A stretch of DNA of 64,000 nt. Origin: an uncultured Acidimicrobiia bacterium (GTDB lineage Bacteria; Actinomycetota; Acidimicrobiia; Spongiisociales; UBA4744). The notes below the pieces were generated by a model. The model was not told where the DNA came from. It saw nothing but the letters and a program-made list of their open reading frames with translations, and did no database searches. Every line of letters starts with the position of its first letter. The stretch's first letter is position 1. Below, one piece after another: positions 36,607-45,567 of the stretch. The DNA lies in assembly GCA_964496205.1 (NCBI GenBank), contig CAZBXV010000003.1:13613-77612 (forward strand). Direction: 5' to 3'. The position numbers and the translations under genes were made by a program.

Positions 36607-38271
36607 CTACAGACCTTCGAACGGATCGTCGGGGACGTTCCCTCCGGGTCCTGCTTCGGAAGCCCTCGTCGCCCAGGCGGGGAACGGGAATTCGATGGTG
36701 ACGGGGATGGGCAGCTCGGGCTGGGCGATGAGCATGGTCCCTGGCTTCATGATGGTTGCGCGCTGCCGCTGGACGCCCGGGAGGAATCCGTACTCCTCTC
36801 GACTCGCTTCCGCCGAGTCGAGACGGCCGACAACTCTGATCGCCGAGTTTGCGATGATGCGCCGCTCCACCTCGGATGCGGTTTGCTGCGCGCCGATGAG
36901 GATGACGCCGAGAGACCTCCCTCGCTCGGCGACGTCGAGGAGAATCTCCTTGATCGGGCTGTACCCGTCGCGCGGCGCGTACTTGTTCAACTCGTCGAGC
37001 ACCAGGAACAGCAGCTCATCAGAGTGCCCCTGACGTTCCTTGTCCTCGAACGCCCGGCGGACGGTGACGCCGACAACGAAGCGCTTGGCCCGATCGTTGA
37101 GATTGTGGATGTCGACAACGGTGACCTGCTTCTGGAGCTCGATCGGATGAACGTTGGACAGGTCCCCTCGAATCAGGTGCTCGACGTGGCGGACCGCTCC
37201 GTGGAGCCGCCTGACGAACGCGTTCACGGTCCCAGCTCCGATCGCCGGGCCGGCCCACTGGTAGCGGCTGTCCTCGTCCTGCACCCTCGCCGTGATGAGG
37301 TCGACAAGATCGCGGAAGGTTCGGACTTCCTGTCCTTCAATCACCACCGCACCGTCGTCGAGTCGTGTCGCCCGGCGCAACTGCGCCATCACGTTGTACA
37401 CGACCATCGAGTACTGGGCGCGGTCGTCCTCTGCGTTGGCAAAGAGGAACGGCAGGAGGTCTTCGGTGCAGAACTCCGCAAGCGACCAGTAGAACGGGGT
37501 GACCCCGTCGTGACGTGCTGCCACATCGGGCGCCGCATTCTTCGACCCGTGCTTGGGCGGGGCGTAGATGCTCACCGATCCGAAGGCCTCGGCAGGAAGG
37601 CCGAGTGGCGCGTACTTGTCACGTTGCCCCGAGTCGAGCGCGAGATTCGGCCGGTCGAGGAACAGCAGATCCTCACCTTTCACGTTGAAGATGAGCGCCT
37701 TCGTGTTGACAGCTCGCGCGCCGAGAACGCCGGACGTGAACAGGCTGTGCAGCAGGAACGTGGCGTAGGTGGTCTTGGTGGCCACGCCGGAGACTCCGGA
37801 GATGTTGACGTGGGCGCCTCTCGTTCCGTCGAGGAATTCGAGGTTGACGAAGATCGGTTCGCCTGCCCTCGACAAGCCAACCGGAACACGGTCGATCATT
37901 CGGTCAAAGAACAGAGCCTTGTCGCGGTCCTCACCAACGGCCCGCAGAACCGCCTGGCCTGGCCGTGGCGGTACGAAGGTCTCCGGTTCGAATCGAGTCG
38001 CAACGACTTTGGCCGCTTCGCTCACCTGGGCGGGCAGCACCCCGTCTTCGATCAGAAACACGTCAGAGTCGAATCGGGCACCCTCGTGACGGGCTCGCAC
38101 CTGCTCGACCATCCCATAGATGTGAATCGCGTCGCCGCCAGGCAGTGTCCGCTGCAGCGCGACGACGTCGTCGAGTTGGAGGAACTGTCCCTCGTCGACA
38201 CCCACCCAGAACTCCAGCGGTGTGGCATCTTCCGTTCCGATGACCCTGCCGACAGGCTGCTGTTCGGTCAT
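36607..38271 (-). CDS. HerA/FtsK-superfamily ATPase (HerA-like: HAS-barrel + RecA-like domain) with atypical P-loop
   Basis: N-terminal HAS-barrel-like GRVIGTED...YGMV. P-loop region HVNISGVSGVATKTT. Beta-strand ALIFNVKGED (the DPhGEY position). Walker B LLFLVLDELNKYAP. Sensor region ILIGAQQTASE. Confidence 0.6.
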   Translation of the reverse strand: MTEQQPVGRVIGTEDATPLEFWVGVDEGQFLQLDDVVALQRTLPGGDAIHIYGMVEQVRARHEGARFDSDVFLIEDGVLPAQVSEAAKVVATRFEPETFVPPRPGQAVLRAVGEDRDKALFFDRMIDRVPVGLSRAGEPIFVNLEFLDGTRGAHVNISGVSGVATKTTYATFLLHSLFTSGVLGARAVNTKALIFNVKGEDLLFLDRPNLALDSGQRDKYAPLGLPAEAFGSVSIYAPPKHGSKNAAPDVAARHDGVTPFYWSLAEFCTEDLLPFLFANAEDDRAQYSMVVYNVMAQLRRATRLDDGAVVIEGQEVRTFRDLVDLITARVQDEDSRYQWAGPAIGAGTVNAFVRRLHGAVRHVEHLIRGDLSNVHPIELQKQVTVVDIHNLNDRAKRFVVGVTVRRAFEDKERQGHSDELLFLVLDELNKYAPRDGYSPIKEILLDVAERGRSLGVILIGAQQTASEVERRIIANSAIRVVGRLDSAEASREEYGFLPGVQRQRATIMKPGTMLIAQPELPIPVTIEFPFPAWATRASEAGPGGNVPDDPFEGL

Positions 38272-38307
38272 GAGGGCGAGCGTACCAGGGGGCTGGGACG
38301 GAGCCTG

Positions 38308-38709
38308 CTACTCGGCAGACCACCCGGTGATCCGCTCGATGTCGACGATGATCGCCGGGCCGATGAGATCGACGTCGGCGTACTGGGGGTACTTCGCTTG
38401 AAGCAGCGCTGCAATGTGGTCGAGGTCTTCGTCGGCCACACGGGCTGTTCCGTCGGCCCGCACCCACCACAGCCGTGACCAGTTCTCCTCGTAGTGATCG
38501 ACGAGCACGCTCACCGACGGGTTGGATCGGATGTTCTGGATCCGCTGCAAGTGCGTGGTCGTCTTCGGCTTGGCGTCGACCATCGACACGATCCTGTGTC
38601 CGTCCACTGCGAAGACGAACGGGACGATGTGCGGCCCCACGGTGGCCAGGTAGCCGACCTGGGCACGTGCAAGCCGAAGGAGCGCGTCCGTTTCATCCAT
38701 TTCGTTCAA
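38308..38709 (-). CDS. pyridoxamine 5'-phosphate oxidase-family (F420/FMN-binding split-barrel) protein
   Basis: PPOX-class split-barrel pattern (GYLATVG...P..VP..F, WVRADG). Confidence 0.65.
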   Translation of the reverse strand: MNEMDETDALLRLARAQVGYLATVGPHIVPFVFAVDGHRIVSMVDAKPKTTTHLQRIQNIRSNPSVSVLVDHYEENWSRLWWVRADGTARVADEDLDHIAALLQAKYPQYADVDLIGPAIIVDIERITGWSAE

Positions 38710-38885
38710 CCACTGACCGACGACTGCCGGTAGCCTGCCTGCTCGTGGCCACCAAGACGCTCACTCGCAGACCGAGTCTCCCGACACGATTGTGGCGAAG
38801 CTACGTTACCGACGTTCGCATCGAGGCGGATGCCGACTCGGATCTCTACCGACAGGTCACCCCCGAAGCCAAGTCGACCCGGGAC

Positions 38886-39593
38886 ATGGTGTCCATCTTG
38901 GTCGCCTCGGCCCTCGTTGTGACGATCGGGCACTTCGCCGGCCAGGATGGCGCTTGGCTCTCGACCTTCCTGCGAGCGATCGGTCTCGGAGCTGCTGCGG
39001 ATGCCGCCAACGCCTGGGTCACGGCTTCCCAGTTCAACGCGCTGGCAATGTGGGCGATCGTTCAGATCTCCTCCTACGTCATCCTCCCGGTGATGGTGAT
39101 CCGACTCGTGATTCGGAGCCGGCTTCGTGACTTCGGCCTGACCATTCGGGGATCTCTCTCACATGCCTGGGTCTACGCACTGCTCCTCGCGATCAGCCTC
39201 GTGTTCATCGTTCCCGCATCAACCTCAGCACCGTTCCTCGCCAAGTACTCCTTCTATCAGCTCGGTGTCGACGAGCCTCTCTGGCCGTACCTGTGGTCGT
39301 GGTGGATCTTGTACGCGCTCCAGTTCGCGGCGTTGGAGTTCTTCTTCAGAGGGTTCATGGTGCACGGCCTGAAGCTGCGTCTCGGGTATGCGGCGATCTT
39401 CGTCATGATGGTTCCGTACGTGATGTTGCACTTCCAGAAACCCCTGCTCGAAGCGCTGGCCGCGATGTTCGGTGCCGTGGTGCTCGGCACGCTGAGCCTC
39501 AAAACGCGATCGATCTGGTGGGGTGCTGCACTGCACATCTCGATCGCCGGCACGATGGATGTGCTCGCGCTCCTTCACAAGGGCCTGTTGTGA
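38886..39593 (+). CDS. CPBP family (CAAX/Abi) intramembrane metalloprotease
   Basis: Motif 1 EFFFRG (EExxxR), motif 2 F...H (VPYVMLH), motif 3 H...N/D (ALHISIAGTMD). Six or seven TM segments. ATG at 38886; the upstream ORF-track portion runs antisense to the PPOX gene. Confidence 0.6.
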   Translation: MVSILVASALVVTIGHFAGQDGAWLSTFLRAIGLGAAADAANAWVTASQFNALAMWAIVQISSYVILPVMVIRLVIRSRLRDFGLTIRGSLSHAWVYALLLAISLVFIVPASTSAPFLAKYSFYQLGVDEPLWPYLWSWWILYALQFAALEFFFRGFMVHGLKLRLGYAAIFVMMVPYVMLHFQKPLLEALAAMFGAVVLGTLSLKTRSIWWGAALHISIAGTMDVLALLHKGLL

Positions 39594-40240
39594 AAACGGA
39601 AACGATCGCGACCGGGGTCTCGGGCGCCGTGCTCGGCGGCGCGATCCTGACGCCACTTGGTCTCGGTGCGCCGGGCGCGATCGTCGGTGGTCTGAACGGG
39701 CTCGTATCCGGTTCCCGACAGATCTACGACTGGACGCGTCCCACCGGCTGGGCCGCCTTCGTACTGGATTCGACATGGGGGCTGATCGGGACCGCCGCGG
39801 CGCTAGGCGTCCATGCCCTCCAGCGGACGAGGAATGACCGCGGCGGCTACCGATCGGATTTGAGTGAACGGCAGAACCGTCACGTCTACGACACCGGCTT
39901 CACGATGAGGAAGCGTTTCGCGATGACCGTCGGTAACACGGTCACCAACCTTGGAGGCAGACGGGACCTCCTCGATCGTCATGAAATGATCCATGTCTGG
40001 CAGGCACGGTCGTTCGGCCCGTTCTTCCCGCTCCTGTACGGAACCTGGACGGTGCTTGGGGCCCTTCTAGGAACAGCCAGGTGGGCTCGTCGGCGTGATG
40101 GGCTCGTGAAGCATGTCGACACACTCGCCTACTACCACAACCCCTTTGAGTATTGGGCGTACCAACGCCAGGGGTACTGGCCCGATGAACAGCCATACCC
40201 CCGATATGCACGGCGTAGGGGCGACAAGACCATCACCTAG
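39590..40240 (+). CDS. small membrane protein with HExxHxxQ metallopeptidase-like motif (DUF4157-like)
   Basis: GTG start overlaps the CPBP stop (GTGA). Glycine-zipper hydrophobic N-terminus. HEMIHVWQ motif. Confidence 0.45.
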   Translation: MKTETIATGVSGAVLGGAILTPLGLGAPGAIVGGLNGLVSGSRQIYDWTRPTGWAAFVLDSTWGLIGTAAALGVHALQRTRNDRGGYRSDLSERQNRHVYDTGFTMRKRFAMTVGNTVTNLGGRRDLLDRHEMIHVWQARSFGPFFPLLYGTWTVLGALLGTARWARRRDGLVKHVDTLAYYHNPFEYWAYQRQGYWPDEQPYPRYARRRGDKTIT

Positions 40241-40242
40241 CC

Positions 40243-40293
40243 CGTTCTTGTCAAGCTGGACGCCGTGCACCGTCGCTGAGATTGACAAGAACG
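40243..40293. terminator. 12-bp perfect inverted repeat between convergent genes (bidirectional terminator-like)
   Basis: cgttcttgtcaa (40243-40254) and ttgacaagaacg (40282-40293), with an inner gacg/cgtc stem. It sits exactly between the stop codons at 40240 and 40303. Confidence 0.45.
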
Positions 40294-40302
40294 GAAGTGG
40301 GT

Positions 40303-41559
40303 TCAGCGCACCGGCACCATCCGGTAGATCGTCCCGCCACGTGTCACGACCAGTAGCTCGCCGTCTGCGTCGAGGCCGAACGAAGTGATGTTTCCGATCG
40401 AGTCGATCCACTGGTGGGGGTCCGTCGCCGAACCGTCGGCGTAGTGGAAGCTACGTATCCACCCGGAGCAGTAGTCACCGTAGAAGTAGCCGCCGACGAG
40501 TTCGGGGATTGCCGCACCCCTGTACACATACCCCCCGGTGATGGAGCATCCTTCTGTGTGGCTGTACTCCAGAACCGGCAAAGTGATTCCGGCCGTGTCG
40601 CATCCGCGAGATGGCTTGTAGCAGTGGAGCCCTTCGGTGATCGGCCAACCGAAGTTCAGCCCGCCTTGGTCGGCGGCCGCCACATCGACTTCCTCGTAGT
40701 GATCCTGTCCAACGTCACCTATGTAGAGAAGACCGTTGTCGAACGAGAAACGCCATGGGTTGCGCAGCCCGTAGTCCCAGATCTCGGGGGCGCCTCCCCC
40801 GTTTGCGAACGGATTGCCGGGTGGAATCGTGTAGCCGCTAGGCCCGGACACGTCGATACGAAGGATCGACGCGAGAAGCGTGTCGGTGTTCTGACCATTG
40901 CCGAACTTGTCGCCTGACGCGCCGCCGTCCCCCAACCCCACGTACAGATAGCCATCCGGTCCAAACATGACCTCCCCGCCGTTGTGGTTCGATGCCGGCT
41001 GTTTCTGGGTCAAGATCACATCGGCCGAACCCGGATCGGCGACCCCGTCCACGACCTGGTACGACGCAAGGGTCGTGGTACCGCCAGAGCCTGTGTAGTC
41101 GACAAAGATTCTCGGATCGTTCGGGTAGTCCGGGGAGAACGCCAGGCCGAGGAGCCCCTGTTCGTTCCCGTTTCGAGTCACGAGACCATGTATGTCCAGG
41201 AGCGGCATGTCTTCGACCTGTCCGTCGTGAATGATCCGGATGGTCCCGCCCTGCTCGACCACGTACAGATCGTTTCCACCCGGGGCGGTGGTCACAAACA
41301 GAGGATCGCTGAAACCAGTAGCCACTTCGTCGAACTGAACCCCCTGCAACGGGGCCAATGTGGTTGTTGTCGTCGCCTGGGTCGTCGAAGTAGCCGCGGT
41401 CGTCTCGGTAGTTGAAGCGGTTGCCGAGGTCGTCGTGGTGGCGGGGGTGGCCATCGTCGTGGGCTGCGTCGGAGCGAGCTGCTGCTCGCCGTTTGCGGCG
41501 CATCCGGCAACCAGCATGAGGGTCGAGAGAATCAGAGCGATACGCATCACACGGCTCAT
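40303..41559 (-). CDS. PQQ-dependent sugar dehydrogenase (soluble glucose/sorbosone dehydrogenase family) lipoprotein
   Basis: Signature GLRNPWRFSFD. Beta-propeller repeats. Lipobox LVAGCA and a Thr/Ala-rich linker. ATG verified at 41559. Confidence 0.8.
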   Translation of the reverse strand: MSRVMRIALILSTLMLVAGCAANGEQQLAPTQPTTMATPATTTTSATASTTETTAATSTTQATTTTTLAPLQGVQFDEVATGFSDPLFVTTAPGGNDLYVVEQGGTIRIIHDGQVEDMPLLDIHGLVTRNGNEQGLLGLAFSPDYPNDPRIFVDYTGSGGTTTLASYQVVDGVADPGSADVILTQKQPASNHNGGEVMFGPDGYLYVGLGDGGASGDKFGNGQNTDTLLASILRIDVSGPSGYTIPPGNPFANGGGAPEIWDYGLRNPWRFSFDNGLLYIGDVGQDHYEEVDVAAADQGGLNFGWPITEGLHCYKPSRGCDTAGITLPVLEYSHTEGCSITGGYVYRGAAIPELVGGYFYGDYCSGWIRSFHYADGSATDPHQWIDSIGNITSFGLDADGELLVVTRGGTIYRMVPVR

Positions 41560-41611
41560 GTCGAAAACCCTATCGTTGAAGGAGACGGTGTGCACGAGGA
41601 GAGGAGCAGCC

Positions 41612-42874
41612 GTGAAGTGGGACGACAGCATCGAGGGGAAGCAGCTGCGCCCCGAGAGCCTCATGATGGGCTATGGCTACAACCCCGCGTGGTCTGAGGG
41701 GGCGGTGAAGAGCCCCATCTTTCAAACGTCCACATTCGTGTTCGAGACGGCAGAGGAAGGCAAGGCTTTCTTCGAGGTCGCAACAGGCAAGCGCCCGCCC
41801 TCGCCGGGCGAGAAAGTGGGACTGATCTACAGCCGCCTCAACAACCCCGATCTCGAAATCGTCGAGGACAGGCTCTGCCTGTGGGACGGTGCCGAGTCGG
41901 CGATCCTGTTCAAGAGCGGCATGGCGGCCATCTCGACGACGCTGCTCACGTACTTGCGTCCCGGGGATGTCCTCTTGCACAGTGAACCTCTCTACGGGGG
42001 TACCGACCACCTCGTGAACGACGTGTTGCCGGAATTCGGGATCGAATCGATCGGATTCTTCCCGGAGGAGACCCATGTGGAGTTGCAACGCCGAGTATCG
42101 AGTTCGGGTAGACGACTTGGCATGATCCTGATCGAGACACCGGCGAATCCGACAAACGCGTTGTTCGACATGGAAGAGTGTGCGATGGTGGCGACGGCCA
42201 CATCGACTCCGGAGCGGCCTGTCCCGTTCGCCGTCGACAACACGTTCCTCGGTCCGATCTTCCAGAAGCCCCTCGACCACGGCGCCGATCTGGTGATCTA
42301 CAGCGCCACCAAGTATCTCGGTGGACACAGCGACCTGATCGCCGGAGCGGTGCTCGGCTCGGAGACGCTCACTCAACCGATCCGTGCGATGCGCACGCAC
42401 CTTGGATCCCACGCCGGTCCGTGGACCGGCTGGCTGTTGATGCGCAGCCTCGAGACACTCTCGATGCGGATGCATCGGGAGGCGGACAGCGCTGCGAAGA
42501 TCGCCGAGTTCCTCGCTTCGCATCCGAAGGTTCGACACGTCAACTACCTGGGGTTCATCGAACCCGACGACCCACAGCGAGCCATCTACGAGAAACAGTG
42601 CATGGGTGCGGGGGCGATGATCTCCTTCGAGGTCGACGGGGACGAAGCCGGAGCGTTTCGATTCCTCAACGCGTTGCGGCTCGTTCACCTTGCCGTCAGC
42701 CTCGGATCCAACGAATCCCTGGCCGAGCATCCGGGCACGATGACACATGCGGGCGTACCCGACGTCGACAAGAAGCGGTACGGCATCACCGACGGTCTGG
42801 TACGCCTCTCCGTGGGCGTCGAACATCCGGACGATCTGATCCTGGACCTCGAACAGGCGCTCGCCGTGGTGTGA
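41612..42874 (+). CDS. Cys/Met-metabolism PLP enzyme (cystathionine gamma-synthase / methionine gamma-lyase / O-acylhomoserine sulfhydrylase family)
   Basis: PLP-lysine region SATKYLGGHSD and the family pattern throughout. GTG at 41612 is preceded by GAGGAG. The upstream ORF-track portion collides with the divergent gene start. Confidence 0.8.
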   Translation: MKWDDSIEGKQLRPESLMMGYGYNPAWSEGAVKSPIFQTSTFVFETAEEGKAFFEVATGKRPPSPGEKVGLIYSRLNNPDLEIVEDRLCLWDGAESAILFKSGMAAISTTLLTYLRPGDVLLHSEPLYGGTDHLVNDVLPEFGIESIGFFPEETHVELQRRVSSSGRRLGMILIETPANPTNALFDMEECAMVATATSTPERPVPFAVDNTFLGPIFQKPLDHGADLVIYSATKYLGGHSDLIAGAVLGSETLTQPIRAMRTHLGSHAGPWTGWLLMRSLETLSMRMHREADSAAKIAEFLASHPKVRHVNYLGFIEPDDPQRAIYEKQCMGAGAMISFEVDGDEAGAFRFLNALRLVHLAVSLGSNESLAEHPGTMTHAGVPDVDKKRYGITDGLVRLSVGVEHPDDLILDLEQALAVV

Positions 42875-42985
42875 GAAACCACGGGGCCGGGCCGGGTGCT
42901 GCGGACTGACGACTGAAGACCCGCAGCCCACCCGACATCACAACTTGCAGCCAAGTAGCCTGCGTCCAGCGCCGACGAGGGAAGG

Positions 42986-45157
42986 GTGATGGCTGCGTTG
43001 ACTCCTGCGTACGAAGGGATCTCGGAGAAGGAGTACAAACGTCGCATCAGAGCCTGGACGCTCTACGACTGGGCGAACTCCGCGTTCGCAACGACGATCC
43101 TCTCCGCCGTTCTCCCCGCCTACTACAGCTCCGTCGCTGGAGCGACGCTTCCCAGCGCAGCCGTTGCCACCGCCTACTGGACAACCACGCTCAGCATCTC
43201 ACTGATCATCGTCGCCTTCCTCTCTCCCGTGCTCGGGACGATTGCCGACATCATGCGAGGCAAGAAGAAATTCCTCTCGATCTTCGTCGGCATGGGAGTG
43301 ATCGGAACAGGCCTGCTCGTACTCATCACGACGGGGAACTGGATCCTGGCGTCCATCTTCTTCATCGTCGGACGCGTCGGTTTCGCCGGAGCGAACGTGT
43401 TCTACGACGCGCTGCTTCCCCACGTCGCCAAGCCCGAGGATCAGGATGTCGTGTCGACCCGCGGCTATGCCATCGGGTACCTCGGTGGCGGCCTGCTGCT
43501 GGCAATCAACGTGGGGATGATCCTGTTCATCGGCTCCGAAATGGGAGCCCGGCTTTCGTTTGTGTCGGTCGCCATCTGGTGGGCAGTATTCTCCATTCCA
43601 CTATTCAGGCGCGTGCCCGAACCGCCGGCGGCCTCAGGTCAAGGAACGTTGACAGGTGGGACGATCACGGCGAGCCTCAAGCGGCTCGGCGAGACCTTCC
43701 GGGACCTGCGCAAGTACCGCCAGCTTTACCGGTTTCTCATCGGGTTCCTGATCTATAACGACGGCATCGGGACGATCATCAGCGTCGCCGTCATCTATGG
43801 CACCGAACTCGGATTCCAAACGACGCAGCTGATTCTTGCGATCCTCCTGGTCCAGTTCGTCGGCATCCCGTTCAGTCTCGTTTTCGGGCGCATTCCCGGC
43901 CGCAAGGACAACAACCGGGCGATCTACCTGGCATTCGTCGTGTTCAACATCATCGCTCTCCCGCTCGTCGGAATCATCGGAGCACGGACACTCCCGGCAT
44001 CGGCCACCGGCGCTCCTCCGGCCCCGTTCGAGACCGTCGGTGCCGCCGTGGGTGAGGGAACCTATGCGGCCGGTAGCTTCACACTGTCGGGCGACTGGCA
44101 GACTATTTCGACCGACACGGTCGGCACCGCGACCGAAGGACTGACAAGGGCATCTCGCACGATCGCACCCATCGCGTTCGTGCTGGCGATCGTGCTCTTC
44201 GCCGCCGCCTGGGTGTTCGCTCGCCGGCGCCGCGCCAACCCGGACACGAGCTTGTGGAGCGTCCTCACACCCGTTCTGGCCGCTATCGCAGCGCTCCTCA
44301 TCGCTGCCCTCGCCGAGCTCCTGTTGCTCACAGGGACAGACCCGATCCCATACGAAAGCGCGACCAGTTCGGCTTCCACAGCAACCTTCTCGTTCAATGG
44401 TCAGCAAGTCGAGCTGGACTACAGCACCGGACCGGACCGTGGCACGTGGGACGTCGCGATCGATGGGTCGCCGCTGATGGAGAACGACGAGGCGGTCACA
44501 ATCGACGCGACCACTCCCTCGGTGCGCTACGGCACTCCGGTGACGATCGATGCCGGCTCGGCGGGTGTGCACGAACTCACGCTGTCGGTGAGCCCCGACA
44601 CCCCCAACGGATCGTTGGCAATCGGACAGGTCAAGGTGCTGGCTCCCGTTCGCACCAGCAATCTCGGTGTGATCCTGGGTCTGATCCTGGTCATCGAGGT
44701 GGTCGGACTCGCACTCGCAACCCTCTTCGGCCGGCCGTTGTTCGGCCGGCTCGCGGACACCATGACGACCAAACGCACGATCATCCTGGCCATCGCCGCG
44801 TATGCAATCATCGCCACGTGGGGGTTCTTCCTCGATGCCGTATTCGAGTTCTGGTTCCTTGCTTGGATGGTGGCGGTCGTTCAGGGCGGAAGCCAGGCGC
44901 TCAGCAGAAGCCTGTACGCGTGGATGACGCCTGCCTATGAGAGTGGCAAGTTCTTCGGGTTCTTCTCCGTCATGTCGAAGTTCTCGTCGATTCTTGGGCC
45001 TGTGATGTTTGCTGCTGCAGTTGCGATCACCGGCAGCAGCCGGCCGGCGGTGCTCAGTCTCGTGCTGTTCTTCATCATCGGCGCCGCGATCCTCGTGAAG
45101 GTCGATGTCGATGAGGGAAGGCGAGTGGCCGTCGAGGCGGATGCCGCTGCCAGATAG
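42986..45157 (+). CDS. MFS transporter, UMF1/Atg22-like, with ~230-aa inserted TM-pair + extracytoplasmic domain
   Basis: N-terminal WTLYDWANSAFATTI typical of the UMF1 family. The insert spans roughly residues 330-560 between the two six-TM halves, which are otherwise normal. Confidence 0.75.
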   Translation: MMAALTPAYEGISEKEYKRRIRAWTLYDWANSAFATTILSAVLPAYYSSVAGATLPSAAVATAYWTTTLSISLIIVAFLSPVLGTIADIMRGKKKFLSIFVGMGVIGTGLLVLITTGNWILASIFFIVGRVGFAGANVFYDALLPHVAKPEDQDVVSTRGYAIGYLGGGLLLAINVGMILFIGSEMGARLSFVSVAIWWAVFSIPLFRRVPEPPAASGQGTLTGGTITASLKRLGETFRDLRKYRQLYRFLIGFLIYNDGIGTIISVAVIYGTELGFQTTQLILAILLVQFVGIPFSLVFGRIPGRKDNNRAIYLAFVVFNIIALPLVGIIGARTLPASATGAPPAPFETVGAAVGEGTYAAGSFTLSGDWQTISTDTVGTATEGLTRASRTIAPIAFVLAIVLFAAAWVFARRRRANPDTSLWSVLTPVLAAIAALLIAALAELLLLTGTDPIPYESATSSASTATFSFNGQQVELDYSTGPDRGTWDVAIDGSPLMENDEAVTIDATTPSVRYGTPVTIDAGSAGVHELTLSVSPDTPNGSLAIGQVKVLAPVRTSNLGVILGLILVIEVVGLALATLFGRPLFGRLADTMTTKRTIILAIAAYAIIATWGFFLDAVFEFWFLAWMVAVVQGGSQALSRSLYAWMTPAYESGKFFGFFSVMSKFSSILGPVMFAAAVAITGSSRPAVLSLVLFFIIGAAILVKVDVDEGRRVAVEADAAAR

Positions 45158-45213
45158 ACGGGGAGCGTCCAGGCTTTGACGCTCCCTCTATTCTTGGCAG
45201 CGAAAGGAGCACC

Positions 45214-45567
45214 ATGGACTCAGAGCCGACGTCACCAAAGCCGGCACCGTCAGAGAAGGAAGCAGCGCCGCCGGCGCAGCCGCCGCACGAGCTGGCACCG
45301 TACAGGGGTACCGGTATCTCGTGGGCGCTCGTGTTCGGCATCGTCATCACCGTGCTCGTCGCCGTGTTGGCCGCTGCCAACACGACCCCCGTCGAGGTGA
45401 ACCTGATCTTCTGGAAGGTTCAAGCCCCTCTCATCACCCTGATCCTCATCGTCATCGTGTTGGCCGTCATCGTCGACGAACTCGTGGGCATTGCCGTGCG
45501 GAGACGCCGGAGACAGAGACTCCACGAACAGCACCAGCTCAGACAGCTCAAGCAGGATTCGAAGTGA
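45214..45567 (+). CDS. small two-TM membrane protein (LapA/DUF1049-like) with Arg/Gln-rich tail
   Basis: AAAGGAG RBS. Two TM helices. C-terminal RRRRRQRLHEQHQLRQLKQ. Confidence 0.45.
   Translation: MDSEPTSPKPAPSEKEAAPPAQPPHELAPYRGTGISWALVFGIVITVLVAVLAAANTTPVEVNLIFWKVQAPLITLILIVIVLAVIVDELVGIAVRRRRRQRLHEQHQLRQLKQDSK

Noticed and set aside
36589-38478. 629-aa plus-strand ORF antisense to the HerA-like gene
   Set aside because: Arg/Asp/Val-rich composition typical of a high-GC antisense frame. The minus-strand frame carries recognisable HAS-barrel, Walker B and sensor motifs.
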